From a virus (lineage: Duplodnaviria > Caudoviricetes): a stretch of DNA of 61,337 nucleotides. The stretch lies in IMG/VR virus record IMGVR_UViG_3300021438_000016, positions 1 through 61,337 of that record; one strand, 5' to 3'. The notes below the pieces were generated by a model. The model searched no databases. It saw only the letters and a program-made list of their open reading frames with translations, and had not been told where the DNA came from. The position numbers were made by a program, and so were the translations under genes. Positions within the stretch are counted from its first letter, which is position 1; each line of letters starts with the position of its first letter. This document shows, piece by piece, positions 1 through 10,551 of this stretch.

Positions 1-1
1 T

Positions 2-2524
2 GCGGTAGCCCTGCGTAAATTTGTTACAGACACCGCACTACCTGATCCGTGGGTTGTTGACTCGGGCGGTGGCTTGCACGTGTACTGGCCGCTTGAAGCT
101 GAGATCCCAAAGGACGAATGGCAGCCTATCGCGCGGGGTATGGCGGCACTGGGGGCTCAACACGGGCTCGACATCGACAACGCTTGCACGACAGACGCAT
201 CTCGGATTCTCAGGGTTCCGGGCACTACGCACGTCACCTCCCGCAACACCGTGCGGATCATCCATCAGGCAGTGCGCCCTCTCAACGTCATCGAAGTCAC
301 GATGCTAAAAGAGAAGGGGCTGGCAGTATCGAAGCCCGATAGTAAGCTGGGGCCGCGCCGTCAGTTAGATGAAGCCACAAAAGCGCTGCTTAATAATAAG
401 GCAACCAAGTTCTCCCTGATTGCTAAACGTAGTTTGCAAGATGAGGGGTGCGCCCACATCAAACACATAGTCTCTGATCAAGCGTCGGTGTCTGAGCCAA
501 TGTGGAGAGCGGGGCTGTCGATTGCATGGTACTGCGACGACGCTGAGACTTCCATCCACAAGATGTCGAAGGATCACCCGAACTACGATGCAGACGAGAC
601 TCGGCAAAAAGCCGAGAAGACTAAGGGGCCTTATGTCTGTAAAACCTTTGACACTCTGGCACCGGGGGTTTGTCAGGGTTGCCCCCACTACGAGAAGATC
701 ACAAGTCCGATCCAGCTAGGGGCGCTTGTTGAGAAAGCCGCGCCGGGAACTACTGTGGCGGCGTTTAATGCAACAGGGGTTGCGGTTCAGTATCAGATCC
801 CCTCACTGCCATGGCCTTACTTTCGGGGTAAGACTGGCGGAATTTGGAAGGAGAAAGACGGAGATAACGAGAAAGAAACCTGTATTTACGAGCACGATTT
901 CTTCGTAACGCAACGGCTATACGAAGCAGGGGTTGGGGAAATGGCATGGCTACGGCTGTACCTACCCCGCGATGGATTGCGCCAATTTACTACCCCGGTT
1001 GGCGACCTGCTGTCCAAGGACAAGTGCAGGGATCTGCTATCTGCTAACGGTGTATTCGCCTACGGCAAGCAGATGGACAACATCATGACCTACATAACGA
1101 GAGTATTAAAGGAGTTACAGGTGTCAGAGAAAGCAATGAGAGCGCATGCACACTTTGGGTGGACCGAGGATGAGGGTTCCTTCGTAGTCGGAGAATCCGA
1201 GATCACCCCCATGGGGGTGATTTACACCCCGCCATCCGTGCAGACCAAGAACGTCACACCAATGTTCGAACCCAAGGGCTCCCTCACAGAATGGCAAAGT
1301 GTCTTTAATCTTTATGCTAGGCCGGGGTTTGAGCCACACGCCTTCGCCGCCTGTACCGCGTTTGGCAGTCCGTTATTCAAATTCACGGGGCATCGCGGGT
1401 CGATCATCAATCTGCTGAACAACGAGTCGGGGACTGGGAAGTCCACAATTCTCGGTATGTCCAATTCTGTTTTTGGACACCCTACCGATCTGATGATGTT
1501 GGCAGACGATACACAGAACGCCCGGATTCACCGCATGGGAGTGCTGTCCAATATCGCCGGGACGCTGGACGAGGTGACCAACATGAAGTCTGAGTTGATC
1601 TCAGACACCGCCTACACCGTCACCCATGGCCGGGGCAAGAACCGGATGCAGAGTCAGACTAACTCGGAGCGGGTCAACCACACACGCTGGTCGATGATCT
1701 TACTCTCTACATCCAACGCGTCGCTCTACGACAAGCTGCTTCAACTGAAAGCATTCCCAGACGGGGAATCCATGCGGATCATCGAATATCAGATTGATCG
1801 CGTCGGAAACCTAGACAAGACAGAAGCGGATAAATTGTTTGGCAAGCTGGCGGATAACTACGGACACGCCGGTATTCCCTACATGCAGTGGGTGGTCGAT
1901 AACAAGGCCAAGGCTAACGTCCTGCGAGAGCGCATCCAGCAGAATCTTGATAAGGCTATGGGATATACAGGCCGGGAGCGGTTCTGGTCCTCGACCATAG
2001 CGTGCAACCTAGCAGGCGGACACATCGCGCGTGACTTGGGCCTGATTGACTATGATATGGAGAGGGTTTACCAGTGGTGTTTGCAGGAGTTTAGCAAGAT
2101 GCGTTCGTCTATGAATATTCGGAGTCGGGATGCCATCTCCATGCTCGGGGAGTTTATCAACGACCACATGGCTAACATACTGATTATTAACGAGAACTCT
2201 ACCCTACGCACTGGGCTACCTGAGGCGGCGATCCGTGAACCCCGTAGCGACCTGATGATCCGTATCGAGCCTGACACCAAGCGTATGTACATCTCTGCTC
2301 GGGGGATGCGGGACTTCTGTACGCGTCAGCAATTGACATACAAGGACGTGATCAAGGAGCTAGGCGACGCCGGGATCTATATACAGAACATCAAGAAGCG
2401 ACTCAGCAAAGGCACGCACATCACTGCCACAGCGGTCGATGCGTTGGAGATTGACATGGACAAGGCGGGGATGGACCCGGTAGCCCTTGATGTTCCGGCA
2501 GGTTTAGGGGATACTGAGGGCTGA
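2..2524 (+). CDS. Primase-helicase (AEP/RepB-like primase, Cys-rich region, DUF927 P-loop helicase), 5'-truncated by the window
   Basis: Frame is open from base 2 (AVALRKFVTD...DSGGGLHVYW). Primase-like motifs SGGGLHVYW and DASRILRVPGT, CQGCPH cluster, Walker A ESGTGKST, Walker B TLDE. Confidence 0.85.
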   Translation, partial: AVALRKFVTDTALPDPWVVDSGGGLHVYWPLEAEIPKDEWQPIARGMAALGAQHGLDIDNACTTDASRILRVPGTTHVTSRNTVRIIHQAVRPLNVIEVTMLKEKGLAVSKPDSKLGPRRQLDEATKALLNNKATKFSLIAKRSLQDEGCAHIKHIVSDQASVSEPMWRAGLSIAWYCDDAETSIHKMSKDHPNYDADETRQKAEKTKGPYVCKTFDTLAPGVCQGCPHYEKITSPIQLGALVEKAAPGTTVAAFNATGVAVQYQIPSLPWPYFRGKTGGIWKEKDGDNEKETCIYEHDFFVTQRLYEAGVGEMAWLRLYLPRDGLRQFTTPVGDLLSKDKCRDLLSANGVFAYGKQMDNIMTYITRVLKELQVSEKAMRAHAHFGWTEDEGSFVVGESEITPMGVIYTPPSVQTKNVTPMFEPKGSLTEWQSVFNLYARPGFEPHAFAACTAFGSPLFKFTGHRGSIINLLNNESGTGKSTILGMSNSVFGHPTDLMMLADDTQNARIHRMGVLSNIAGTLDEVTNMKSELISDTAYTVTHGRGKNRMQSQTNSERVNHTRWSMILLSTSNASLYDKLLQLKAFPDGESMRIIEYQIDRVGNLDKTEADKLFGKLADNYGHAGIPYMQWVVDNKAKANVLRERIQQNLDKAMGYTGRERFWSSTIACNLAGGHIARDLGLIDYDMERVYQWCLQEFSKMRSSMNIRSRDAISMLGEFINDHMANILIINENSTLRTGLPEAAIREPRSDLMIRIEPDTKRMYISARGMRDFCTRQQLTYKDVIKELGDAGIYIQNIKKRLSKGTHITATAVDALEIDMDKAGMDPVALDVPAGLGDTEG

Positions 2525-2560
2525 TTGCTCTCTGTCTCTCCTCTCCCTTCTCCAAGGGTT

Positions 2561-2589
2561 AAGCCCCGGCTGCAACCGGGGCTTTTTTT
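2561..2589. terminator. Intrinsic terminator between convergent genes
   Basis: AAGCCCCGG-CTGCAA-CCGGGGCTT followed by a T run, between the primase stop and the 2068-aa gene stop. Confidence 0.8.
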
Positions 2590-5500
2590 ATTCCTCCGCG
2601 TATACCGGCACTTCGGCAAAACGCTGACGGAATGGCTTGGACAGGTAGATACCGGCCTTGGTTTCCGCGCTCTGTTTGGCGCGGGTGCGGGCCGAGGCGT
2701 TGATGACACTTTGAGTGATCGCCAGACCCTTCTCAGGGTTTACCAGAGAAAAATGGTTCATCTCATCTCTGATGTCAGCCATGGCTTCGTAATCCTGCCG
2801 TGCACGAGCGTTGAAATATTGATTCAACAAGCCTTGTCTACGGTCAAGAATCTGCTTCTCAATATCTTTTTGCCAAGCGTTGAGTTGATACTGACCGGCC
2901 AACCGCTGCGGAACAAAGCCAACCGCCTGAAGCGCCGCTTCGGTTAAAGATACGTCTTCAATAATCGGATCGCCTCGGGTTGTCAGTGCGCCCTCTTTAT
3001 TTAGCCGGATGGACTTGGCAATGTTGCGCATTCCAGCCATAGGGGTGACGCCTTCCAAGAACCGATACACGTCGCCTTGAGCCAGCTTGTCTACGCCCCG
3101 TGCGATCTGTAGGGCCATACCGGCAGAAGCACCAGCGGCCTCGGCAACGTAGTTCTTCAGATCATCTTCAGCGGAGGCAGTGTTCTTGCCGTCGCGCAGC
3201 CCCAAAAGCCCACCGATGAACGGCAGTTGTTTGGTACCCCCCAAAAGTGGGGAACTCGCATATCCCACTTTACTAGCAATATCACCGCCTAAATCGCCCA
3301 GCCAACCACGAGTAATGCGGTTAGCCATGGGCTGGCCCCACATGTCGGACAAGTAGTTGTAGAAGGCGAAGTCAAAATCGTACGGGTCATCCTTGTCATC
3401 AAGGATCAGATTCATCAGATCCCGAACGATGTAGTAGAACGGCATCCCCATGGTCCCGGCAAAAATACCGGACATACCCATCAGGCCCGTGAACTGGATG
3501 CGAGCTACCTTGCGAACCTCAGGGTCCACGCTGCTAAACATATCTTTGAACAGGCGCACATAGAGTGCAGCCATGTGCGCAGGGAACTTCTTGAACATGA
3601 AGATGACGCGCATCGCTGGGCTCAAAAAGATTTTTGGAGCCAGCCCATGTTGATAGTCTCCATGCGCTTTTGTAACCATCTCAGTAGACTTGCGGATCGC
3701 TTGGTCGTACTTCTCTTGGTTACTCATGCCGGTTTTGCCACTCAACCGCTGCTTCATCAGTTGGTAAGTTGCAAGCGCACCGGCCTCACGGTTGATCGCT
3801 TCAGCCCGCTGGAACATGATCGCGGAGTATTTGGTGAAGGCACGGACACCCTTACCAAACGCGGAAGTTTCACCCGATCCGTATTTAGCTATCGAACCAA
3901 AGTCGTGGCTAGGGTCTCCGGCATTCAAGATGCCTTGATCGCGGAACGAGAGGAACACGCGCTCCATCTCGGGGAGGGCCGCGATAGCTTCCGCGCGGGT
4001 CTTGCCTTTGGCAACAGCGGCGTCGATCTTAGCCTCGGCAGATTCCACCAACTTCTCGCCATACGTCTGCTGGCCCAATGAACCGCCAATGATCTTAGTC
4101 ATGGCGCTGAACAGGGTGTTCATGATTTTGACTTGGCCCAGCCCGTGGAACTCGCCAGCCAGCAGCGGGAACATCACAGTCGGTGTCTGCAACATATTTA
4201 CAAGAGCAGACGCAGGGTTGAAGCCCATGTAGTACGTGAAGCCAAGCCGGTTCACGTTGTTGGCGATCCTGTTCAGAGGATCATCCGAGCGGATTGTATC
4301 TACCCCATAGACAACCTTGGCGACGTGCGTGATGATGTCACTCATCTTCGTGTCGGGGTTGCTGGCGTTCTGTTTGCGGGCGCTGTCGATCTCATGCTCG
4401 ATCTGACCCTTATATGCAACTTGGGAGATCTGCGTGGCATAGATCGGAGCTTTATGGTCAAACGCAGCGAGGGTGTCCTCGATATAACCCGCCGTACCTT
4501 TACGCTCAAGACCAAACTGCCGAAGCATGGATGACTCTGGGTGCAGCAGCAGGGACGCCTGATACAGACGCTCCTTCATTTCTTCACGAGCCTCGCGGAT
4601 GCGGTCAGCCGTAGAGGTGGGGTCGTCCTTGTGGATAGGCAGTGCCTTGTCTACGTTGGCTTTGATCTCGTCAAAGAACTGATTGACCGGCCCGCTCTTG
4701 TAGCTGAACTTCCTGAAGTCCGTCTGTTTGAATGACTGGACGTGCGCTATGCCTTCTTTCTTTAGCTCATCAAGGCGCGTCTTCTGAGCGCCCAGACTGG
4801 TGTAGGACTCGGCAACGGGCTTGCCGTTCTTAGGGTTAAAGTACGTGACCCAATAGTCCCCTATGCGGACGAATGGCGTGTAGGCTTCGTTGAATTTTTT
4901 ATATGTCTCGTCTAGCCCAGACAGGATCTTGTCCGCTTTAACGGGGTCATCCTGATACTGGTCGTGCACAGACTGCTTTAGGGCTTCAAAGTATTCATTA
5001 CGAAACTGCCGGTACTGTCCAACAAGATCCGACGCTAGCTTCTGAAACTTAGGATGTAGCTTGTCGTACTCAGCCCGCAAAGAAACGTAATCAGCAACCG
5101 CCTCAGGGCCGCGAGTCTTGGCAAACTCTGGAGAGGGGTCTTTACTGCCGGTCACATCAATTGCAAGATCAGATGCGCGGTTAACGAAGGCGTCCATCGC
5201 CTTCTTACCGGCAGGATCAAACCTAGCGATTTCCAGAGCCCTGTTCATGAAGTCCGAACTGCGTTTGAGCAGGGTGTTTTTCATAGCCCCAGCTTTACGC
5301 AAGCTGTTCTCAATCTCGCCAATCTGATTGAACCCCATATCCCGCGCGTTGGCGGCAATACTAGACATGGGCAGCAAAGATAGGCCCCACCGCCCCGCTG
5401 CATCTGCTGCGTTTATAAAGAACTCGCTGTTCTTGGGAGCGTCAAGCAACTGCTGCATCGGAGCGACCATTGCCCGGTTCATCGCAACTTGAGGAAGTGC

Positions 5501-8500
5501 GGCTGCGGCTGTCGATACCGTGGAAGGGACTCTGACGTTTGCAGGTAGGTCGTCAGGGGCTAAAGGATAATTATTATTCGGGGGAGGAGCCCCAATCAAA
5601 AGAGATTTTGTAGCTTCAGCAGGGGTCTTGGTAGAAGGAGGAGCCCCTTCATGAACAAGCGCACTGTAGATGTCCAGCAGTTCCGTCAAGGCACTGGGAT
5701 CTTTAAGCCCTAAAATGTCGGCAATAGCTTGGACAAACTGGGTCCACAACGAGGTCTTGCTTTCATGAGGCAGCGCAGCGAGGAGGTACTGGAACTCGGG
5801 GTTGCTGAGTCCTTCAGCAATAAACTCTGATTCAGACTTCAGACCATAAGGAAGCTCTTTAATATCTTTGGTCTTGTAGACCGCCTCTGCTTTGGCAAGT
5901 ACGTCCTTGTATAACCTGCGCAAACGATTGACGGCCGCAAGTTGCTTACCGGGAAGCGGAGTCCTGATTGCTCTTTCCGTCAAGGCATGGACAATTTCGT
6001 GGGCGACCGTGTGCTCACTGCCAGCGTAGACAGAGTTGACAAATACCGTGTTTGATCCGCTATCAAACATCCCCGCAATAGTACCGGGACGGTACCCCTT
6101 GAAGGCTTCTTGCTCTCGCAGGATTCCATCGTCGAGCCTAACTTTTATCCGGTCTGAGGGCAGGAACCGCTGCGTTGCTTGGGCACGTTGGGCAATGTCC
6201 CTGATGACAGGGTTTTTGCTATCCAGCAGGGCTTTTATTACTGCGGGCATGTCGCCCTTCGTAACTGCATCTGCTAGCGCAGCATTATCTTCCGTAGCCA
6301 GCCACGTCTTGCTGTGGGCCTTGATACCTAACGCACGGGCAAAATCTTCCCTAGAAATAGGGAATTGATCGTTGACAGGTTCGTACGCCGCTTCTTGGGT
6401 TACTTGAAAAAACTCATCATCTTCTTCCGCGTTTCTTTTAGCCCTAGCTACTTCAGCATCCTTAGACTTTTGAACCTTTGCCAGATAGTCGAAAGTCTCC
6501 TGCGTCAGAGCTTTATTTGCGTGGGCGTCTTTCCATATTTTTTGAACATCTTTATCTAGCGCAGCCCATGCTGGCTCAGACTCAGCGCTTCTAAATTGGT
6601 TATCCCATTCATCTTGTGGCGAGCCTACTTCTACTTCGGCGGCAGGGGTAGGAGTCGTGGAGGCAGGGGTGGTTTCAAAATTTAACTCTTCAAACGGAAC
6701 ATAATTTTCTCCCGTTTTTCCTTGGAGGTCGTACCGAACCTTGACAAACTGTTTCCCATCCATAGTTTCGGGTTCACCGATAACCGTGACGGGAATGTCA
6801 GTGTCTTTGTTACTCCATATAGCTGCCCTGCCCTGCGTTACTGGAGCGGGCTGTGTTCCTTCTCCCACACCAGCTTGTTGAGGAGGCTCCCCAGCAAGTG
6901 CCACTCTAGGGGGTGCAGATGTTGCAACTCCTCCGGGGGGTAGTCCTCCTCCGGGTTCGCTAGGTACGCCAACGCTTGCTCCACTTGGGATATTGACATC
7001 TGTAGGAGGTGGTGTGTTTGGTTGGACATTTGGTTGCCCTTGTTGTTGCGCGGCTGCTGCGCGGGCTTTAAGTTCTAGCCTCGCTTTTCTCAGCCAGATT
7101 TTGACTTCAAGAGAAGGATCTTGTATTGCCTCTAACCTACTCTTTTCCGCGAGTATGTTATCGACCGGCCAACTTTCAAGTTTATAATCAAGTTTAGGCT
7201 GTTCCGTCTGAACCTGCTGCTGTGCTGCGGCACGATCTTGGGCCTCTGCTTCCCGCTGAGCCATGGCGGCTTCGGATGCGGCACGCTGTCTAGCTTGATA
7301 CTCAGCAATATCTCGCTCTTGCTGCTGCTTCCTAAGCTTATCCGCTTTCTGTAGCGCGTCGATACGTACTTGGTCGTTTTGCTGCTGTTGAGCTTGCTCT
7401 TGCTGCTGTTGAGCCTGTTGGTTCTGTTGCTGCTGTTGTTGAAGAGCAGCTTGTGCTGCGGCAGCTTGGGCCACTTGGTCAGCTTGTGCAGCCTCCTCAA
7501 GAGTGGCCGCGTTGGTTTGTTCTTCTAGAGACGGGTCAATTCTGGGGGCGGCAAATTTTACCGAAGCTCTTGATTCGGGGCTAAGCACCTTATTTTCAAC
7601 GAGCAGATTGAACTCGTCCTCGGTGATGCCCTCTTGGCTCTTTAGCTTAGCCATGGCCGCTGCAAGGTTCTCAGCGGGGCCGGGGCCAACAGACCCAGCT
7701 TGTTTGGTTTCGTCGAGGCTATATTCCGGTTGCTTCGCAGGGGTTTCCCGCATAGCTTGCACCACAGCACCCGGAGCACCAATACCCACACCACCAGCCG
7801 CGCCCTTGGCAGCAGCCAGCAACATCCGGTCTACGTTCTTAGGATCAGACAACCCACCCGGAGCGCCAGCAAGCTGCTCAGCAATAATGTCTAATGATTC
7901 TTGGACAGCTTCAGTTGTACTTTCAGTAGCAGCGGTTTTGCCAATTTCTTTAGCAAGCCGAAGCTTGAAGCTTTCTGGCACGATGGTGGATCTTGCGGCG
8001 AGTTCTTCTGCCACTTTAGCCTGCCCACGCAACCCCAACTGATTCATCAACCGAGCGGGGAGAATACCGTCTAGTGCAGCTTTAAGCGCACCGATGCCAA
8101 AAGCAAGTCCGGGTTCAAGTTTGTTGGTCTCTTCGTGGATACCCGCAAAAGTTTCAGGCGCGTTGAGGCCAAAGCTACCCGCACCGATACCTACGTTAAA
8201 GCCAGTCTCGCCAGCTTGAGATCTGGCAGCGGGAGCGAGTCGATTACCTAGGCGGGTAGCGTATGTTTCAGCCGCCTCTCCAGCCAAACCACGTTGTGCA
8301 GCAGCACGAGCAGCCGCTGCCTCAACCCCATACTTAGCAGCACCACGCGCAGCAAGAGAGCCAGCCCCTCCGGTCAGCGCCATCAAACCTACGTTGGGTA
8401 AATTCTCACCAACAGATTCCGCAATAAATCCTGCAACATCTGAAGGCCCACGGATACCGCTAAGTGACGAGTAGGAGGTCGGGTATCTCTCCTCAAGCTC

Positions 8501-8794
8501 TTGGCGCTTAGCTTTACCTTCCGCTAAATATCTATTAGCAGCTTCGTCGAACCCAAGCGCGGACGCGCCAAGACCCATAGCCTCACTGCCGGTAGCACCG
8601 AGCCCTCCGAGTCCCCGCTGAAGGGAGTTGCTAAATTGACGCCCAAGGGGAATATCTCTTGGGTCCGGGCGAGTTTCTAGGTCAAGTTGTTGTAAACGCC
8701 CCTGAAGTTTGGCAATCTGTGCGTATATAGACTCATCAGAATCCGTATCTGGAAAAGATACTGGCCCAATCTTCGGGATGTTTACAACCTTCAT
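2588..8794 (-). CDS. Large internal virion/ejection (polyvalent-type) protein with zincin-like metallopeptidase and PLxRFG-like region
   Basis: 2068 aa, last gene of the late block. HExxH (AHEIVH) plus downstream EFIAE, YTPFVRIGDY motif, Q-rich linker. Confidence 0.7.
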   Translation of the reverse strand: MKVVNIPKIGPVSFPDTDSDESIYAQIAKLQGRLQQLDLETRPDPRDIPLGRQFSNSLQRGLGGLGATGSEAMGLGASALGFDEAANRYLAEGKAKRQELEERYPTSYSSLSGIRGPSDVAGFIAESVGENLPNVGLMALTGGAGSLAARGAAKYGVEAAAARAAAQRGLAGEAAETYATRLGNRLAPAARSQAGETGFNVGIGAGSFGLNAPETFAGIHEETNKLEPGLAFGIGALKAALDGILPARLMNQLGLRGQAKVAEELAARSTIVPESFKLRLAKEIGKTAATESTTEAVQESLDIIAEQLAGAPGGLSDPKNVDRMLLAAAKGAAGGVGIGAPGAVVQAMRETPAKQPEYSLDETKQAGSVGPGPAENLAAAMAKLKSQEGITEDEFNLLVENKVLSPESRASVKFAAPRIDPSLEEQTNAATLEEAAQADQVAQAAAAQAALQQQQQQNQQAQQQQEQAQQQQNDQVRIDALQKADKLRKQQQERDIAEYQARQRAASEAAMAQREAEAQDRAAAQQQVQTEQPKLDYKLESWPVDNILAEKSRLEAIQDPSLEVKIWLRKARLELKARAAAAQQQGQPNVQPNTPPPTDVNIPSGASVGVPSEPGGGLPPGGVATSAPPRVALAGEPPQQAGVGEGTQPAPVTQGRAAIWSNKDTDIPVTVIGEPETMDGKQFVKVRYDLQGKTGENYVPFEELNFETTPASTTPTPAAEVEVGSPQDEWDNQFRSAESEPAWAALDKDVQKIWKDAHANKALTQETFDYLAKVQKSKDAEVARAKRNAEEDDEFFQVTQEAAYEPVNDQFPISREDFARALGIKAHSKTWLATEDNAALADAVTKGDMPAVIKALLDSKNPVIRDIAQRAQATQRFLPSDRIKVRLDDGILREQEAFKGYRPGTIAGMFDSGSNTVFVNSVYAGSEHTVAHEIVHALTERAIRTPLPGKQLAAVNRLRRLYKDVLAKAEAVYKTKDIKELPYGLKSESEFIAEGLSNPEFQYLLAALPHESKTSLWTQFVQAIADILGLKDPSALTELLDIYSALVHEGAPPSTKTPAEATKSLLIGAPPPNNNYPLAPDDLPANVRVPSTVSTAAAALPQVAMNRAMVAPMQQLLDAPKNSEFFINAADAAGRWGLSLLPMSSIAANARDMGFNQIGEIENSLRKAGAMKNTLLKRSSDFMNRALEIARFDPAGKKAMDAFVNRASDLAIDVTGSKDPSPEFAKTRGPEAVADYVSLRAEYDKLHPKFQKLASDLVGQYRQFRNEYFEALKQSVHDQYQDDPVKADKILSGLDETYKKFNEAYTPFVRIGDYWVTYFNPKNGKPVAESYTSLGAQKTRLDELKKEGIAHVQSFKQTDFRKFSYKSGPVNQFFDEIKANVDKALPIHKDDPTSTADRIREAREEMKERLYQASLLLHPESSMLRQFGLERKGTAGYIEDTLAAFDHKAPIYATQISQVAYKGQIEHEIDSARKQNASNPDTKMSDIITHVAKVVYGVDTIRSDDPLNRIANNVNRLGFTYYMGFNPASALVNMLQTPTVMFPLLAGEFHGLGQVKIMNTLFSAMTKIIGGSLGQQTYGEKLVESAEAKIDAAVAKGKTRAEAIAALPEMERVFLSFRDQGILNAGDPSHDFGSIAKYGSGETSAFGKGVRAFTKYSAIMFQRAEAINREAGALATYQLMKQRLSGKTGMSNQEKYDQAIRKSTEMVTKAHGDYQHGLAPKIFLSPAMRVIFMFKKFPAHMAALYVRLFKDMFSSVDPEVRKVARIQFTGLMGMSGIFAGTMGMPFYYIVRDLMNLILDDKDDPYDFDFAFYNYLSDMWGQPMANRITRGWLGDLGGDIASKVGYASSPLLGGTKQLPFIGGLLGLRDGKNTASAEDDLKNYVAEAAGASAGMALQIARGVDKLAQGDVYRFLEGVTPMAGMRNIAKSIRLNKEGALTTRGDPIIEDVSLTEAALQAVGFVPQRLAGQYQLNAWQKDIEKQILDRRQGLLNQYFNARARQDYEAMADIRDEMNHFSLVNPEKGLAITQSVINASARTRAKQSAETKAGIYLSKPFRQRFAEVPVYAEE

Positions 8795-10542
8795 TACTGA
8801 ACACCGTACTGACTATTAATTTCGCCGATAGAAGGAATAGAAGAACCTCCACCACTTGAGCGTGTGCCCTGCGACAAGTATTGCTTATACAACTCTTGAG
8901 CGTCTTGAACAGCTTTGAGGTATCTAGGATCATTGGGTTTCATAGATCCCTGCTGAATGCCTTTTAAAACATTTTCCCCAGTCGGAGTCATCGCTATAAA
9001 CTTAGTTGCAATAGCGCTATTCGGATTGGCAAACACTTCTTCCGCGCGTTTATCTGCATTAATTCGTTCCATCATAGTAGGGCGATTCCTATCTTGCCCC
9101 TGTTGTAACTGCAGCATCAACCGCGCAATCCCTAGCTGGTTAACAAGCCCCGCATTTTGGGCTCGGGCCGCAGCCGTTCGCTCTGATATGTCAAGCTGGT
9201 TTTGAAGTTTGAGGGCCTCAAGCTGTTTCCTACTATCCGACGCGGCGACATCTTTAAGAAGGTTGGTACTAGCAAGTCGCGTTTCCATTGTTAATTTAGC
9301 AGCAGCTTGCATAGCCCGGTCGTGCTCTGCTATAAATTCTTGCGCTGATTTTTGGTCGCCTTTCTCATCAGCCATACGCGCTTTGACGAGATCCATTTGA
9401 GCTTGGCGACGTAGGCGTTCAGCAGCCGCGCGAGCAGCATCCATTTTGTCGTTGTAGTCAATGCCTTCACCGACAGCACGGCCCAACGCGGGGCCAAATG
9501 CGCCCCGGCTAGACATCAACGCACCGCCCATCTTGCCCAACATCTTATAGACTTCGCTTTCTTTACCAGCGTTGTTAGCGGCTCGCTCTTCGTCAATCAG
9601 CTTCTGCATCATGTCGAAGTGGGGCTTAGACCGCGCTTGGTATTTTTCAAACTGCCTGTTTTCTAATGCTTCACGTTGTGCATCTGACAAACTAGGAGAT
9701 TGGTAATTCTCAAGTTCCCTCGAACGTTTGAGAGCGCTTTCCCTAAAAGCCTGCTGTTCAGGACTATCTGTAGCGACAATATCCGCGAGTCTTTTGCGTG
9801 TTTCGCTATCTGCTTTAGATGGCCCGCCACCACCGCCGCCACCCATACCACCAAACGCTTTCATAAACGCGGCAATACCGCCGTCTGGGTTTTGTACGTT
9901 TTCGATCTTGAGGTTTTCGTCGGGTTTTTTAGCGTCAGCTTTGACAGCAGGGGGTACTTTCTTTTCCTCTTTGGGAGGGCGTGGGTACGCACGGGGATCA
10001 ACCAAAGGATTAAAGTCTTTGTTCTCAGGTTGCTCTTTATCCGATCCCAGTACAAGATTTTCCCACCCAGCGTACTGACTGGGGATAGGTTCTTTTGAGC
10101 CTTCAGCAAACGCAATGATCCCACCCCCGGCCATTTTCTTTGGGCCTTGCATAGCAGGTAGTCCCATGATGGGAGGCTGCTTCGGTTGGGGCGGTTGTTG
10201 TTGCTGCTGGGGTTGCGGAGGTTGTTGAGGCTGCGGTTGTGGCGCGGCCTGTTGTGGGGGTGGTGGGGGCGGCATCATGCCCGGTTGGGGCATGGGCTGC
10301 TGAGGTTGAGGCATGAGAGACCGGACAGTCGAGTCCAGTACCGTGGGCATCTGCGCGTTGGGCGCATTCATCCCAGCCATCTCAGACTGCATCTGAGCGC
10401 GGCGGCTCAACTCCAACCCCGCTAAAGTTTTTAGAGGAATGTCGCCAATAACACGGTCAACAGGACTCTGAGCAACTTGCGTCAGATACTGGGTTGGCAT
10501 GTACCGCAGGTCGCGGCGGGTCTCTTCGAGTGTCGGTCCCAT
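8794..10542 (-). CDS. Putative internal virion (ejection) protein
   Basis: 582 aa, Pro/Gln-rich N-terminus, MAGGGIIAFAEG motif, helical body, position among internal protein genes. Confidence 0.6.
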   Translation of the reverse strand: MGPTLEETRRDLRYMPTQYLTQVAQSPVDRVIGDIPLKTLAGLELSRRAQMQSEMAGMNAPNAQMPTVLDSTVRSLMPQPQQPMPQPGMMPPPPPPQQAAPQPQPQQPPQPQQQQQPPQPKQPPIMGLPAMQGPKKMAGGGIIAFAEGSKEPIPSQYAGWENLVLGSDKEQPENKDFNPLVDPRAYPRPPKEEKKVPPAVKADAKKPDENLKIENVQNPDGGIAAFMKAFGGMGGGGGGGPSKADSETRKRLADIVATDSPEQQAFRESALKRSRELENYQSPSLSDAQREALENRQFEKYQARSKPHFDMMQKLIDEERAANNAGKESEVYKMLGKMGGALMSSRGAFGPALGRAVGEGIDYNDKMDAARAAAERLRRQAQMDLVKARMADEKGDQKSAQEFIAEHDRAMQAAAKLTMETRLASTNLLKDVAASDSRKQLEALKLQNQLDISERTAAARAQNAGLVNQLGIARLMLQLQQGQDRNRPTMMERINADKRAEEVFANPNSAIATKFIAMTPTGENVLKGIQQGSMKPNDPRYLKAVQDAQELYKQYLSQGTRSSGGGSSIPSIGEINSQYGVQ

Positions 10543-10551
10543 ATCTAATCC

